Below are positions 44,961 to 58,200 of a stretch of DNA of 64,000 nt, piece after piece; position 1 is the stretch's first letter; every line of letters begins with the position of its first letter. The notes below the pieces were generated by a model that was given only the letters and a program-made list of their open reading frames with translations, ran no database searches and was not told the DNA's origin. The stretch is from Macrostomum lignano (Eukaryota), in contig NIVC01000180.1 in the NCBI GenBank assembly GCA_002269645.1, positions 310,001 through 374,000 on the forward strand, written 5' to 3'. The position numbers were made by a program, and so were the translations under genes.

Positions 44961-47900
44961 ATGGCTCCCGTGCACATGGAGTACGAAGAGGTTCTGGAAC
45001 ACATCGGCAGCCTTGGCCGCTACCAGATCGTGCTGTTCAACCTCCTCGCCTCGCTGTCGTGGAAGGCCGCTGCCAACATGGTCATTACGGTGTTCCACGT
45101 GGTCCGACCGGCGTTCGTGTGCCAGCAGGCCTACCCGAACTGGCTGGAGAGTCCCCCCACCTGGGCACAGATCGCTAACGCTTCAGCCACAGGCGGTCAG
45201 GACAGCCAGTGCTGGTTCACGCCGCCACGAAATGGCACTTCCGGGGAGCAGCAACAGCAGCAGTGCACCCTGTTTGCCTACGATAAAAGCGAGTGGAAGG
45301 AGACAATTACAACGCAGGTAAACAGTCACATTCTGCGATAAAGACTTGGCTTTCAGGTGTTTATTAACGATCTATTTCCATTCACGCTCACACGCAGTGG
45401 GATCTTGTCTGTCAGCGCCAAGGCCTGGAGCCGCTTGTGTTCGGCAGCTACGCCCTCGGCTACGGCTTCGGCGTCGTGCTGGGCATCTTTGCCGACAAGT
45501 GAGCAGTTCAATTAGGCGGGCTTAAGTACCCACTTCAAATCAGAATACGGCTTAAAAACTAGATCGAACGACTAGTTAAAGAATAACAGCGCAAACTTTA
45601 TTGATTGTGCCGTCAAACTAAACCTGGCATGCACCAAGACTCACCCTGACCCATCTAAATCAACCACTACTCATCCTGCCAGCTCACTCCGAGTGCAACC
45701 CACGCTGCCCCACCGCAGGTTCGGTCGTCGACCAGTGCTGCTGGTGAGCTGCGCGATGGAGGCCCTGTTCACTCTGCTGGAGAGCGTCTCTCCGAACTTC
45801 CTCTCCTACCTGGGGCTGCACTTTGCGCACGGCATCTTTGCCACAGTTAATCTGCTGTCCACTGTGTGCATCACCGAGTTTGTCGGCTGCAAGCACAGAG
45901 CTTTGGTCGCCAATTTACTGTGGCTGTACTATTGTCTAGGCTACATGTCTGTGGCCGGTATGGCTTACCTAGTGAGACAGTGGCGGTGGCTGCAACTGCT
46001 CACCTGCCTGCCCTGCCTTTTTTACATTGCCTGCTACTTGTGAGTGCAGAAGCGAATCTACGATAACTTTGGCTTGGTGGGACTTTTGCCAGACTAAAAA
46101 CTACAGACGTGAAGACGTGTACTGTATTATTAAGAACTAGATTCCAAGCTTTGAAAAGCAAGAGCTAACTTAAGATGTATGCAACTCTAACTCTTATACA
46201 ATAGGTCAATGATCAATGATCAAAAGAAAAAAAACTGAATGAATTCAACGCCCAGTTGCAAACCGTTGCAGTCTCCTGCAGGAATCGCCGCGCTGGCTGA
46301 TCGCCCACGGCCGGTACACCGACGCCCTCTACGTGTGCGAAAACATCGCCAGAGTGAACGGCCGGACCATCCCGACCGCTGCCAAGGAGTTGCTGGTGAG
46401 TCCAGCGAGACCTACGATGAGTTACTCAGTTTAAAGTTAACCCCGCACTGAAGTAAAATTCCACCCATCCCTCAACCCGCAGACCTACGGCTTCCAGACC
46501 TCGCAGCCACCTGAGCACAGTCGCGAAGGCAACGTCTCGGAAATGTTCAGGACCCGGATAATGCTAAAAAAGTCCCTCATTTTGTTCTGTGCCTGGTGAG
46601 TCTAGTATGGAAAATGTATCGCGATGGATAAGATTTTGTAGCTTTTGTTGAACAAAAGATTTATTCTTATACTACTTCAGGGGTGTCGCAAAACGACCAT
46701 CCTCCCGATTAAAAGTTTTGGGAACATGCTAATGCTTAGTTTCCTTAGGCTTAGGCTTGCTTCACGAAGTAATTACTGGCTCTAACAACGAAAAAGTCTT
46801 GCACCTGCACATACTATGTACATTTATTACAACTTTTAGTCCCATCCGTCTTTAGGGACTTTAGGGACTTTAGTACGAGCCATCTTTAATCTTTAGGGAT
46901 CTTTAGGTATCGCCTGTTACGCTCGGATGGCGTAAAAAGTTCTACATTTACTGAAAAATGGTTGCTATGCTCAGTATGAAATGCTAATTTTAGTTATAAG
47001 GCTCTGTCCCCTTCGATAAAGTCAATGGGGACACTCTGCTTACAAAATAAAAGAAGCGAATTAGAGAATTTTGCCTCCTACTTCCTCACGCCTGCGCAGG
47101 TTCGCAATCAGTTTAAACTACAACAGCATATCCCTGGACTCTGATTTCCTGGCCAGCGACGTCTTCATAAACACCGTCCTGTCCGGTTTGATCGAGGTCC
47201 CGGCCTACGTCACGGCCTGGATTGTGGCCGAGAAAGTTGGACGCAGAATTCCCATTGCCGTCTTATACACGATGCTTAGCGCCTGCCTAATCTCGGTGGC
47301 TGTGCTCACTCCAGGTGAGCAATCCTGCCAGTAGGGTTCAATGACCTTCAAGATAGTTTTCGATATAATTAGATTGTTGCTAAATGTGAAGTGAATCATA
47401 TCGCATCTCGACATCGGTAACAGATAGGATAGACCGCTGCATCCGTGCGATCCTTTCTTGTCTTTTCTGTAGTCTATATTATAACTAAATCTCAAAAGTT
47501 TCTATGTACTAAATAAGGACGCGTCCGTCTCAGTGTTGGGCCATATCCCGTCTTGAACAATGATTTTTTTGCCCGCCAGCCGCACGCGGTCAAAAAAGGA
47601 GGCTGCGTCACCTTAATGCGAGGTCACTATATGACGTAACCACTCCCGCGTCCTTGTCAACGTCTGCGCAGTCCCTGCATGCACAGGCTCAGGGCAGCAG
47701 GCCTCCAATCCGATCACTTGCCCAGCCGGCATCTAACAACTCAGCAGGACATCGTGAGGCCGGGTCAGTCATGCTCTCTGGACAAGGCGTCAGTCAGCTC
47801 GTAGCCAAGGTCCCACAGCACTCTATAGCTACAGTATCAAAAAAGTCTTAGCTATTCTAGAAAAATTTACATCGGCCGTGTCACATCCATATTTTTGCTC

Positions 47901-49030
47901 TCTTCTGCTCTGCTTCATCAAATATTGAAATATTTATCGGACTCTTCTTTCACAGGCAGCGTCGCTCACACCGTTCTCGCCCTTCTGGCCAAGCTGTCAG
48001 CTACCTGCGCTTTCTCCATCATCACAAACTACACAGCAGAGGTCTATCCGACCTCGATCCGGAACACCGGTATCTTCTTCTGCAGCGCCATCGGCCGCAT
48101 CTCCTCCCTGCTGGCCCCCTTCATCCTGGCCGTCAACAGCGGCGGCTCCTACGGCGCCCGGATGGCCGCCCCAATCGCATTCGCCTGCCTGGGCATTCTT
48201 GCCGGCGCCGCGCTCTACTACCTGCCAGAGACCAAGGGCATCCCGCTGCCGCAGACTGTGAGGGAGGCCAACATCATCACACCGTGAGCTGGGGCCTCTT
48301 GACTGCTGTCCCGCCTCCCCTGTCACTCTTCACCCGCCTCCCTGTCACTCTCCTCCCGCCTCCCTGTCACTCTCCTCCCGCCTTCCCGTCCCTCTCCTCC
48401 CGCCTCCCCTGTCACTCCTCCCGCCTCCCCTATCATTCTCCTCCCGCCTCCCCTGTCATTCTCCTCCCGCCTCCCCTATCATTCTCCTCCCGCCTCCCCT
48501 GTCATTCTCCTCCCGCCTCCCCTGCCATTCTCCTCCCGCCTCCCCTGCCACTCTCCTCCCACCTTCCCTGTCACTCTCTGGGAGGCCCTAAACTCCCCTG
48601 ACCAATTTTTAATTAGACTGCAGTTGGATTAAATGCTTTCTCAACTCGTCTCAAACAAACGAATTATATAAACTTGAACCCCATCAAATTCTCCAACAGC
48701 GGCAAGGAGCCGGCATTCATCAGCTTGGTGCAGAAACGCCGCCAAGAGATCGCCGTGTACTTTGTTGGCAGAGGAGAGTCCGCCACCGTGTCCTTCGGGA
48801 ACTCAGTTGCTGACGCGGCGAGTCAACAGCAGACGGCTGCGGCGGCTCAAGACCAGCAGCCCGTGCAGATTAGACTAGAAGGAGTCGCTGCAAATGGCGA
48901 AACGGCTACGGAAGATCTGCCAGACGCCAAAGCAGCTGAAACAGTTAACAGCTCGCAACCAGCTTCCGAAGAAGACGTGCAGGTTGGTTTTGGGACCAAC
49001 AACTACCTAATTGATCCTTACGACGGATGA
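44961..49030 (+). CDS. SLC22 organic cation/carnitine transporter-like (MFS)
   Basis: Exons 44961-45317, 45398-45498, 45719-46039, 46272-46395, 46483-46595, 47100-47314, 47956-48283, 48700-49030; the last exon may instead splice at about 49002 to a short exon at 49174-49225. Motifs: YEEVLEHIGSLGRYQ, TITTQWDLVC, ADKFGRRPV, ESPRWL, EVPAY, EKVGRR, YTAEVYPTSIRNTG, LPETKGIPLPQT. Confidence 0.88.
48300..48585. repeat. 23-bp C/T-rich minisatellite in SLC22 intron 7
   Basis: ctcctcccgcctcccctgtcatt variants. Confidence 0.9.
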
Positions 49031-51899
49031 GCTGTGAAAAAAGTTTATTGAATTTTTAACTGGACGTAGAGTTTGCTTTTTATTGGCTTTTTATTTTTCA
49101 CTTGGAGCGAAGCAAAGCCGAAAATTTATTGAGTAGTATGAGTGGCAGTTTTTGTTATTATTTGTCTGCTACAGAAGGCGACATCTCCAGCGAAGAAAGC
49201 GTGTGTACCATTTCTCTATTCTTAAAAAGTCTTTGAATTCGTATTTTTTCTGAGCTCCCACCGGAATTTTCTCGTATCACATTCCATTTCTACTCGATAC
49301 CATGGCCAAAAGTGCAAGCAGCAAGCCAGCACATTCGTCTTTCACTGTACGTTTCAACTCGGATCTGCCCTACCCTGCTTACGAATTCTCGCGACTGTTA
49401 TACCTGTAATTTTACTGCAATTTTGTCTCTGGCCTTACAGAGAGCACCACCAGATAACCATAACCAGGAATATTGTTTTAATGTATACTAAAATAAATAA
49501 TTTATTTGATTTAGTGCCTTAGAAGAAATAGGAAGTATTAGACACCTTACATTGGCGCCCCCAACAGGCACTGCACATTGGCGCATTTTTCAGGTTCGTC
49601 CATTTTGAAGATCCAGGCCGGCCCATACATGTACATGTACTGCGCTCCACTAAATTAATGCAAACTTGATATTTTTCTTTTAACGGAATGCTTTCCTTAA
49701 ATTACCTTGCGCACTTAAAAAACCATAACAGATTCAATCTTTGAGGTCACAAAATAGTGTGTACAGTGTCAAAATGAACAAACTGCACCTGCAGGCATCA
49801 AAATTTACTCCTCTGATTTTCAGCTGCCGACTCGGTCATTGATTTGTTTTTTTAAAGCGGGCAGTAATTGTGATATTATTAGCTTGATCTGTGATTTACT
49901 TTTGTTTTCAATTTCATTTCAATTATTATACTTTATACTATTCGGATCATGTAAATTATGTTTAGATACCATTTATTATGGTTTGTTGTAATACATATTG
50001 ATATCAAAATTCTTATTGTGCAAATTACGGGAGTTTTTTGCAAATAAAACGCTGTTTGAACTGTTAGTCTACTTAATTTATTGCCTTGCACTGCAATGAT
50101 GGCTGATGAAAGGTGCTGCACTTAATTAAAGTCCAATTTTGCTACATAAAATTTCTTAAACAAAACAGAAGCTGCAGGTGCAACTTGCAACTTGCCAGCG
50201 CAATTTGAATTAGCTAACGAGAAACGGGTGGCACGAGAAGAAAACCAGAAAAGATTGCACGTTGATTTTCTTAACGTGCCACTTGGTCAGATTTCCTGCC
50301 GGCAATCTCGCGGTTGCTAAGATGGTAATGAATCCACTACACTAAAATTACTATCGGATTTTTTAAGATTTTGGTCTTTGGACGACCTGATCTTAAACTG
50401 GTTTTGGTGCGGAAAATTTGCAGAAAAAAACTGGAATATTCCATTACCACTCACTGGCTGGCTGGCTGGCTGGCTTTAGCTACTAACTACTTTACCTAGT
50501 TTGTGCCAGACATGCATGCAACGCATGCTAAAATAGAATGAAACATTGTTAACTGCAGAGACTTGATCGAAAAGTGCAAAGTTTTCAGATAAGTTAACAA
50601 ATAGTACAACCAACCAATCAAAACAGCTATTTAAATTTTCATAAGCTTCTGGGCTTTACTATCTACGTCACACAGTACAGTAGTCACAGGGACAGATAAC
50701 ACTCATGCATTACGAACGCGATAAGATAAGGACGAAATAAAAGGAAGCGACACGTCCTGTCTTTACTAATTGTGTGTCATTTGCCACGTTGCTCCAATGT
50801 TAGGAAGGCCTTGAATGTACGCTGGCTAAGGGGAAGGGGTGGGGGTGGCGCATGAATGTACGGAGAATGGGACAAGCCCGCCCTCCCTCAAGTTCACAAA
50901 CCCCCCAAAATTCCTCGGGCAATTCTAATTCTAGCCCAAATCCAGTCTGTCTGTCCAGTCCAAGCGCACGTGATCGTGGCCACGCTTCCTCGTCCCCCCG
51001 CAGCGCCCCACCCCCAAAGGGCAAACCCCAAATTGTGAGGACCCACGTGATCTTCCCTCAATAAATAAGAAGTAACGCTGGTTCGCCACCTTCTTACTTT
51101 GCTTTATTTTCCTACCAGGGTCAAACGGATTGAATCCAAGCTCTTGTTTGCTAAGCTCGCCGTTGAACCAAATAGACAGAATTATATTATCTACTACAGT
51201 CATGGGCGGAACTGTTAGCACACTGTCCAATGCTCGCAGCAACTCTTATTGTCCCAAGGATGGCGCTTGCGGTTCCAGCAACGAAGTTTTGAAGTCCAAT
51301 TTAGTAGAGGTAAGGTTTTGTGTGCGCAGTGTTGGTTGAAGGAATCCAATCGAATTTGAGTTTATCAGGCCAACTTCTACTATGAATTTTGCACCTTTTT
51401 TGAAACCTAATTTTAATATTGAAAATGATATTAATCAGAAATTATAGTTCAACTCAACTCATAGGTCACAGCTTTTTGAGCTGTGTTTGCATATCACTTA
51501 AACTGTCAAAAAATCTTTTAAAATATTGACTAGTATAAATTATAGATGTTTTATAATATTAAGATTGGTTAAGTATATTATATAGCCATAAGCATAATGA
51601 ATTATTTACTAAACATCTATAAAGCTACTATTTGTTGTTTGTTATAGTAAAGTGACAAAAGCAATAACTATAACACATATGACAAGCCACATCAATGTAA
51701 GATTTTCCATAGGCCATGGTCATATGATCTATTATATGTTTTTAGGCTTAGATAAAAATTGTCACTTGTATTTTCCCATATTTATAGCTATAGTATTCTA
51801 TAGTTGCTGTATCAAACATGCGCAACCCCCCCCCGCCTGATTTACACTGGCCTTGCAACTTACCTGTGAAAGAAAACCTAAAGTAAAATTAACACTTTT

Positions 51900-51963
51900 G
51901 GGTAAACGGCAGGAGTAACTACAACTGTCTTATTAAGGGTAAATGCCTCGTCATCTAATTAGT
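51900..51963 (+). pseudogene. Decayed ~64-bp 28S rRNA fragment covering the R2 / I-PpoI site region
   Basis: GGGTAAACGGCaGGAGTAACTAcaACTgTCTTattAAGGgtAAATGCCTCGTCATCTAATTAGT versus conserved eukaryotic 28S GGGTAAACGGCGGGAGTAACTATGACTCTCTTAAGGTAGCCAAATGCCTCGTCATCTAATTAGT (reference recalled from memory). Confidence 0.8.
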
Positions 51964-52204
51964 ACTACATCTGTATTTTGGATGGGCATTTTTGCAACTT
52001 ACCCCTGGTCTACCACAATTTACGGTGGCCAGATCAGCCAGGTCGGCCAGCAGTTGCGGATGTATGTGCAGTATCTACACAAGCATTTAGTTTAGTAGTA
52101 AATTGCTATAAAGTCAAAGATCTGTTTTTTATCAATCATAACAGTGACACAAGCTCCTCATTCCATTACTGACATTCCTTTCCCCAAATCGTTTTATCCT
52201 ATAG

Positions 52205-55200
52205 CAGCAGAGCGGCGGAAAACAGCAGGCTCAGCAGAAAGCCCTGGCAGAAGCTCGCGTGACATTCGACCTGTTCCTTGCTGGCCTGGAGGCGGCCAGC
52301 CATGATGGGCCCTGCCTGGGCACCCGCCAGACAGCCAGTGCTCCGTTTGTATACAGTACCTATGGCGAGGTGAGGCTGTGACCTGCTAATTAACAGTTTC
52401 TTGGTTCCTGTTTCTAATTATAGTAGATTCCGTTGTAGTATAAGCACCAGTTGGTATTAAGTTCTCAGTTCGACTTTCAGTGGAATTGATTTTTCTTCTG
52501 CAAGATTCTGCTATGCTGCTTCAAGTGCCAGTTTGCTTATTCCAGTGTAAACAGCAATCGAAGTTTCGATTTTATAAACTTCTTTCCCACGGCTGCACTG
52601 CATCTCCAGGAGTGAAAAGCACTTCTGTTCTCTAGAAGTTAGCTTCAGGTGCCAGTCAGTGCACATCCTTGATCAAATTCCTAACATTTGCCAAAAAACC
52701 TCAGATTTAAGTGATCGATTGTCCCGTTGTCTGCTTTTATCCCATATAATGATCCTTTCTCCCATCTTCGTTCCTCTCCCTCCCCCCTCTTCCCTTCCCC
52801 CTCCTCTCCCCTCTCTCCTTCCTCTCCCTCTCCCCCTCCTCTCCCTCTCCCCTCTCCCCTCCTCTCCCCTCTCCCCTCCTCTCCCCTCCTCTCTCCTCTC
52901 CCCCTCCTCTCCCCCTCCTCTCCCCTCTCCCCCTCCTCTCCCCTCTTCCCCTCCTCTCCCCTCTCCCCCTCCTCTCCCCTCTTCCCCTCCTCTCCCCTCT
53001 CCCCTCCTCTCCCCTTCCTCTCCCATCTCCCCTTTACTCTTCCCTCTCCTCTTCCTCTCCCCTTTCCCCTTCCTCTCCCCTTTCCCCTTCCTCTCCCCTT
53101 TCCCCTTCCTCTCCCCTTTCCCCTTCCTCTCCCCTTTCCCCTTCCTCTCCCCTCTCTCTCTACCTCTTCCCTTTCCTCTCCCCTCCTCTCCCCCCTCCCC
53201 TCTCCCCCTCCTCTCCCCTCTCCTCTCCCTCTCCATTCTCCCCTTCCTCTCCCATCTCCCCTTTACTCTTCCCTCTCCCCTTCCTCTCCCCTTTCCCCTT
53301 CCTCTCCCCTTTCCCCTTCCTCTCCCCGACCCCTTTCCCCTTCCTCTCCCCTTTCCCCTTCTTCTCCCTTTCCCCTTCCTCTCCCCTTTCCCCTTCCTCT
53401 CCCCTCTCTCTCTACCTCTCCCCTTTCCTCTCCCCTCCTCTCCCCCCTCCCCTCTCCCCCTCCTCTCCCCTCTCCTCTCCCTCTCCATTCTCCCCTTCCT
53501 CTCCCATCTCCCCTTTACTCTTCCCTCTCCCCTTCCTCTCCCATCTCCCCTTCCTCTCCCCTTTCCCCTTCCTCTCCCCTTTCCCCTTCCTCTCCCCTCT
53601 CTCTCTACCTCTCCCCTTTCCTCTCCCCTCCTCTCCCCCCTCCCCTCTCCCCCTCCTCTCCCCTCTCCTCTCCCTCTCCATTCTCCCCTTCCTCTCCCAT
53701 CTCCCCTTTACTCTTCCCTCTCCCCTTCCTCTCCCATCTCCCCTTCCTCTCCCCTTTCCCCTTCCTCTCCCCTTTCCCCTTCCTCTCCCCTTTCCCCTTC
53801 CTCTCCCCTCTCTCTCTACCTCTCCCCTTTCCTCTCCCCTCCTCTCCCCCCTCCTCTCGGCCCTCTCCCCCTCCTCTCCCCTCTCCTCTCCCTCTCCATT
53901 CTCCCCTTCCTCTCCCATCTCCCCTTTACTCTTCCCTCTCCCCTTCCTCTCCCATCTCCCCTTCCTCTCCCCTTTCCCCTTCTTATCCCCTTTTCCCTTC
54001 CTCTCCCCTTTCCCCTTCCTCTCCCCTCTCTCTCTACCTCTCCCCTTTCCTCTCCCCTCCTCTCCCCCCTCCCCTCTCCCCCTCCTCTCCCCTCTCCTCT
54101 CCCTCTCCATTCTCCCCTTCCTCTCCCATCTCCCCTTTACTCTTCCCTCTCCCCTTCCTCTCCCATCTCCCCTTCCTCTCCCATTTTCCCTTCTTCTCCC
54201 CTTTCCCCTTCCTCTCCCCTTTCCCCTTCTTCTCCCCTTTCCCCTTCTTCTCCCCTTTCCCCTTCTTCTCCCCTTTCCCCTTCTTCTCCCCTTTCCCCTT
54301 CTTCTCCCCTTTCCCCTTCTTCTCCCCTTTCCCCTTCCTCTCCCCTTCCTCCCTTCCCCCCTCTTCTCTGAGTCTCACATCTATTCCTAGTTATATTCCT
54401 AAAATGTTTTTCTTCCGAAAGTACTTCGCTTACCATTTTCATTCGTAAAGCAAAACTTGCGCGGTCTAAAAATTGAACCGCCTCTCTTCCTTTTCTCTGT
54501 TTCTGTTCTCTTAGCATCCGAATCTGTGGCTTTTCAAAGCGTGATGTCGGTTCGGCCAGTTTCGCAAGAAACTGGCACAGCTGCTGCTGCCTGCATCACC
54601 CTGCCGCACAGTGGAAGTTCAAGCGACGAAGTCAATCAAAGCATTGTGTTGCCAAGTGCAGGGGGCGCTAATAGTCGGATCCCTACATGCCAATCAGTAA
54701 CCATGCCGAGTCTGGATCCCATCTGGACGGCTAGAGACAGACGGGCAACCCAGTCAATCCTCAATCCTCATTTGATGACGAGACCCCTGGATATCAAACG
54801 ATAGGCATAGTTACTCTCACCGTTTACCTTACGCAGGTGCTTCAAGAAGTGCGCGCAATGGCGGCCTACCTGACCGGGCCGCTGGGCCTGACCAGGGGCA
54901 GTTTTGTTGGCACCTTCTCCAGCAACAGCGCCAGCCTGGTTGTCCTGGAGCTTGCCTGCTACTCCAGCGGCCTGGTCATTGTGCCGCTGTACGACACCCT
55001 GGGCCGGGAGGCCTGCAGCCACATTCTGCAGGTGAGAAATGGCCTCGGATTTGATGAATTATTTAACTGACCATTTTCTATGTACTCTACTTGTCAATAA
55101 GTAGTCTTTCACGGTTTAAAGCCACTTAGCCACTGGTTCTACAGGCCACCCAAAACCTGATACTTAAGACCACCGCAACCCTGATCCTTCAGGCCACCTC

Positions 55201-58200
55201 AGTCTATCCCAGGCCATCTCAGTCTATCTCAGGCCACCTCAGCCCTGATCCTTCACGCCACGTCAGCCCTGATCCTTCACGCCACGTCAGCCCTGATCCT
55301 TCACGCCACGTCAGCCCTGATCCTTCACGCCACGTCAGGCCTGATCCTTCACGCCACTTCAGCCCTGATCCTTCAGGCCACCTCAGCCCTGATCCTTCAG
55401 GCCACCTCAGCAGTCAGCCCTGATCCTTCAGGCCACCTCAGTCTATCCCAGGCCACCTCAGTCTATCCCAGGCCACCTCAGTCTATCTCAGGCCACCTCA
55501 GTCTATCCCAGGCCATCTCAGTCTATCTCAGGCCACCTCAGCCCTGATCCTTCACGCCACGTCAGCCCTGATCCTTCACGCCACTTCAGCCCTGATCCTT
55601 CAGGCCACCTCAGCCCTGATTCTTCAGGCCACCTCAGCCCTGATTCTTCAGGCCACCTCAGCCCTGATCCTTCAGGCCACCTCAGCCCTGATCCTTCAGG
55701 CCACCTCAGCCCTGATCCTTCAGGCCACCTCAGCCCTGATCCTTCAGGCCACCTCAGCCCTGATCCTTCAGGCCACCTCAACCCTGATCCTTCGCACCAT
55801 CTCAGCCCTGATCCTTCAGCCCCCCTCAGTCTATCCCAGGCCGGTTCCCCCCAGCAACTAAAGCAGTTCCTTCTGCCCCTGCCTGCCGTAGGAGACGCAG
55901 CTCAACGTGGCGTTCTGCCGCTCAGACAAGCAGGCCGCCACAGTGTTCGAGCTGGGGTCGGCCGAACAGGCCATCCGGCTGATTGTGGCCGAGCCGTCGG
56001 AGGCGGAGCAGCCGGCCGGTGCGGCGGTTATCAGCTACGTTGATGCGATTGCCAAGGGCCGGGAGCTGCTTCAGCAGCGGCGGGAGCAGAAGGAGAACAG
56101 CGGTGATGGGCAGCAGCAGGAGGACGCTGACGCCAACAGGAGGCCGCAGCCCAGCGACTTGGCTGTGATCTGCTACACCAGCGGCACCACTGGTCTGTTG
56201 GGAACGAGGGGGCTTAAGTCGGAATTCGTATAGTCAAATGCTTTAATCCAATGATTTGCTAATTTATTTTTAACGTTATTTTTTTCGTTTTCAATCAAGG
56301 CCAACCCAAAGGCGTCATGCTGACAAATGACAACCTTGTCAAGGGCGTGCACCTGGTCACGGATACTATTAAAGAGGACACTTTTAAGGTGAGAACATGA
56401 TAAAATTTGACCCCATCCCAACATCACAATCCCCATCATCGGAATCCCCATCCCCAGCATCAGAATTCCTATTCCCAGCATCAGAATCCCATCCCCAGCA
56501 TCAGAATCCCCAGCCCCATCATCAGAATCCCATCCCCAGCATCAGAATCCCCAGCCCCATCATCAAAATCCCCATCCCCAGCATCAGAATCCCCATCATC
56601 AGAATCCCCATCATCAGAATCCCCATCATCAGAATCCCCATCATCAGAATCCCCATCATCAGAATCCCCATCATCAGAATCCCCATCATCAGAATCCCCA
56701 TCATCAGAATCCCCATCATCAGAATCCCCATCATCAGAATCCCCATCCACAGTATCAGAATCTCCATCCCCATTTCCAAACGCCCGCAGCATTCGGTGGA
56801 GTTGAACAGCTCGGACCGCTACTTCAGCTACCTACCGATGGCGCACATCCTGGAGCGAATGTGCCAGCTGTTCGCCTTCGCCCACGGCCTGTCCATGGGA
56901 TTCTTTCGCGGCGATCGGGCCGGCCTCATGGACGACCTGCGCGAGTGTCAGCCCACCTTCATGGCTGCCGTGCCTAAGGTGGGCGGCTGCGGGATCGGGT
57001 GGATGGATCAAGGAGAGAGAGGCGGATCAGGGAGGGACAGAGGGGCAGATCAGGGAGGGACAGAGGGGCAGATCAGGGAGGGACAGAGGGGCAGATCAGG
57101 GAGGGACAGAGGGGCAGATCAGGGAGGGACAGAGGGGCAGATCAGGGAGGGACAGAGGGACAGATCAGGGAGGGACAGAGGGGCGGATCAGGGAGGGACA
57201 GAGGGGCAGATCAGGGAGGGATAGGGGCGGATCAGGGAAGGATAGGGGCAGATCAGGGAGGGATAGGGGCAGATCAGGGAGGGATAGGGGCAGATCAGGG
57301 AGGGATAGGGGCAGATCAGGGAGGGATAGGGGCAGATCAGGGAGGGATAGGGGCAGATCAGGGAGGGATAGGGGCGGATCAGGGAGGGATAGGGGCGGAT
57401 CAAGGAGGGATAGGGGCGGATCAAGGAGGGATAGGGGCGGATCAAGGAGGGATAGGGGCGGATCAGGGAGGGATAGGGGCGGATCAGGGTGGGATGGGGC
57501 GGATCAAGGAGGGATAGGGGCGGATCAGGGAGGGATAGGGGCGGATCAGGAAGGGAGAGGGTTGGATTCAGCAGTGTAGAGAGACAGGAGTAAAGTTTCC
57601 AATCATCATCCAATCAGCTGTCACTGGCCGCCGCCCGCAGGTCCTGAGCCGCATTCGCGAGCGCGCCCTGACAGCGGTGTCGGGCAGCCGGCTGAAGTCG
57701 GCCATCCTTGACACGGCGCTGTCCCGCAAGAGCCGCCGGCTGTCGCAGCTCCGGGTTGACAAGGACACGCTGTGGGATCGGCTGGTGTTCCGCCGCGTCC
57801 AGGAAGGCCTGGGCGGCCGCGTCCGCTTTGTAGCCGTTGGCGGGGCGCCGATTTCTGCGGACACGCTGAACTTTGTGAAGGCCGCGCTGGGCTGCCCGGT
57901 GGTGCAGGTGAGAGAGCTGGGCGAACTTTTGGAGGACCAGCGCTGCACTTCTTGAGTTGAAGAATTCGGCGACTTAATAGGGGGGACAGTGCTTTGGGGC
58001 TGACATTTTTCAACTACTGGTGCACTTCTCTACAGTCTTCCGTAACTCTACTTCTTCCTCTCCCTCGCCTACTTTTCCCTACCTATATCCTCCCTCTACT
58101 TCTCCCGCTCCCTCTCCATCCTCCCTCTACTTCTCCCGCTCCCTATTAATATCCTCCCTCTACTTCTCCCGCTCCCTCTCCATCCTCCCTCTACTTCTCC

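Noticed and set aside
47516-47654. 8-bp inverted termini AGGACGCG..CGCGTCCT
   Set aside because: Too short and no TSD; could be chance.
50931-51400. Minus-strand ORF fragment (..WFNGELSKQELGFNPFDP..), possibly a transposase relic
   Set aside because: No recognisable catalytic motif, interrupted by stops.
52659-54517. Pro/Ser-rich and Glu/Arg/Gly-rich long ORFs
   Set aside because: Translations of the polypyrimidine intron tract.
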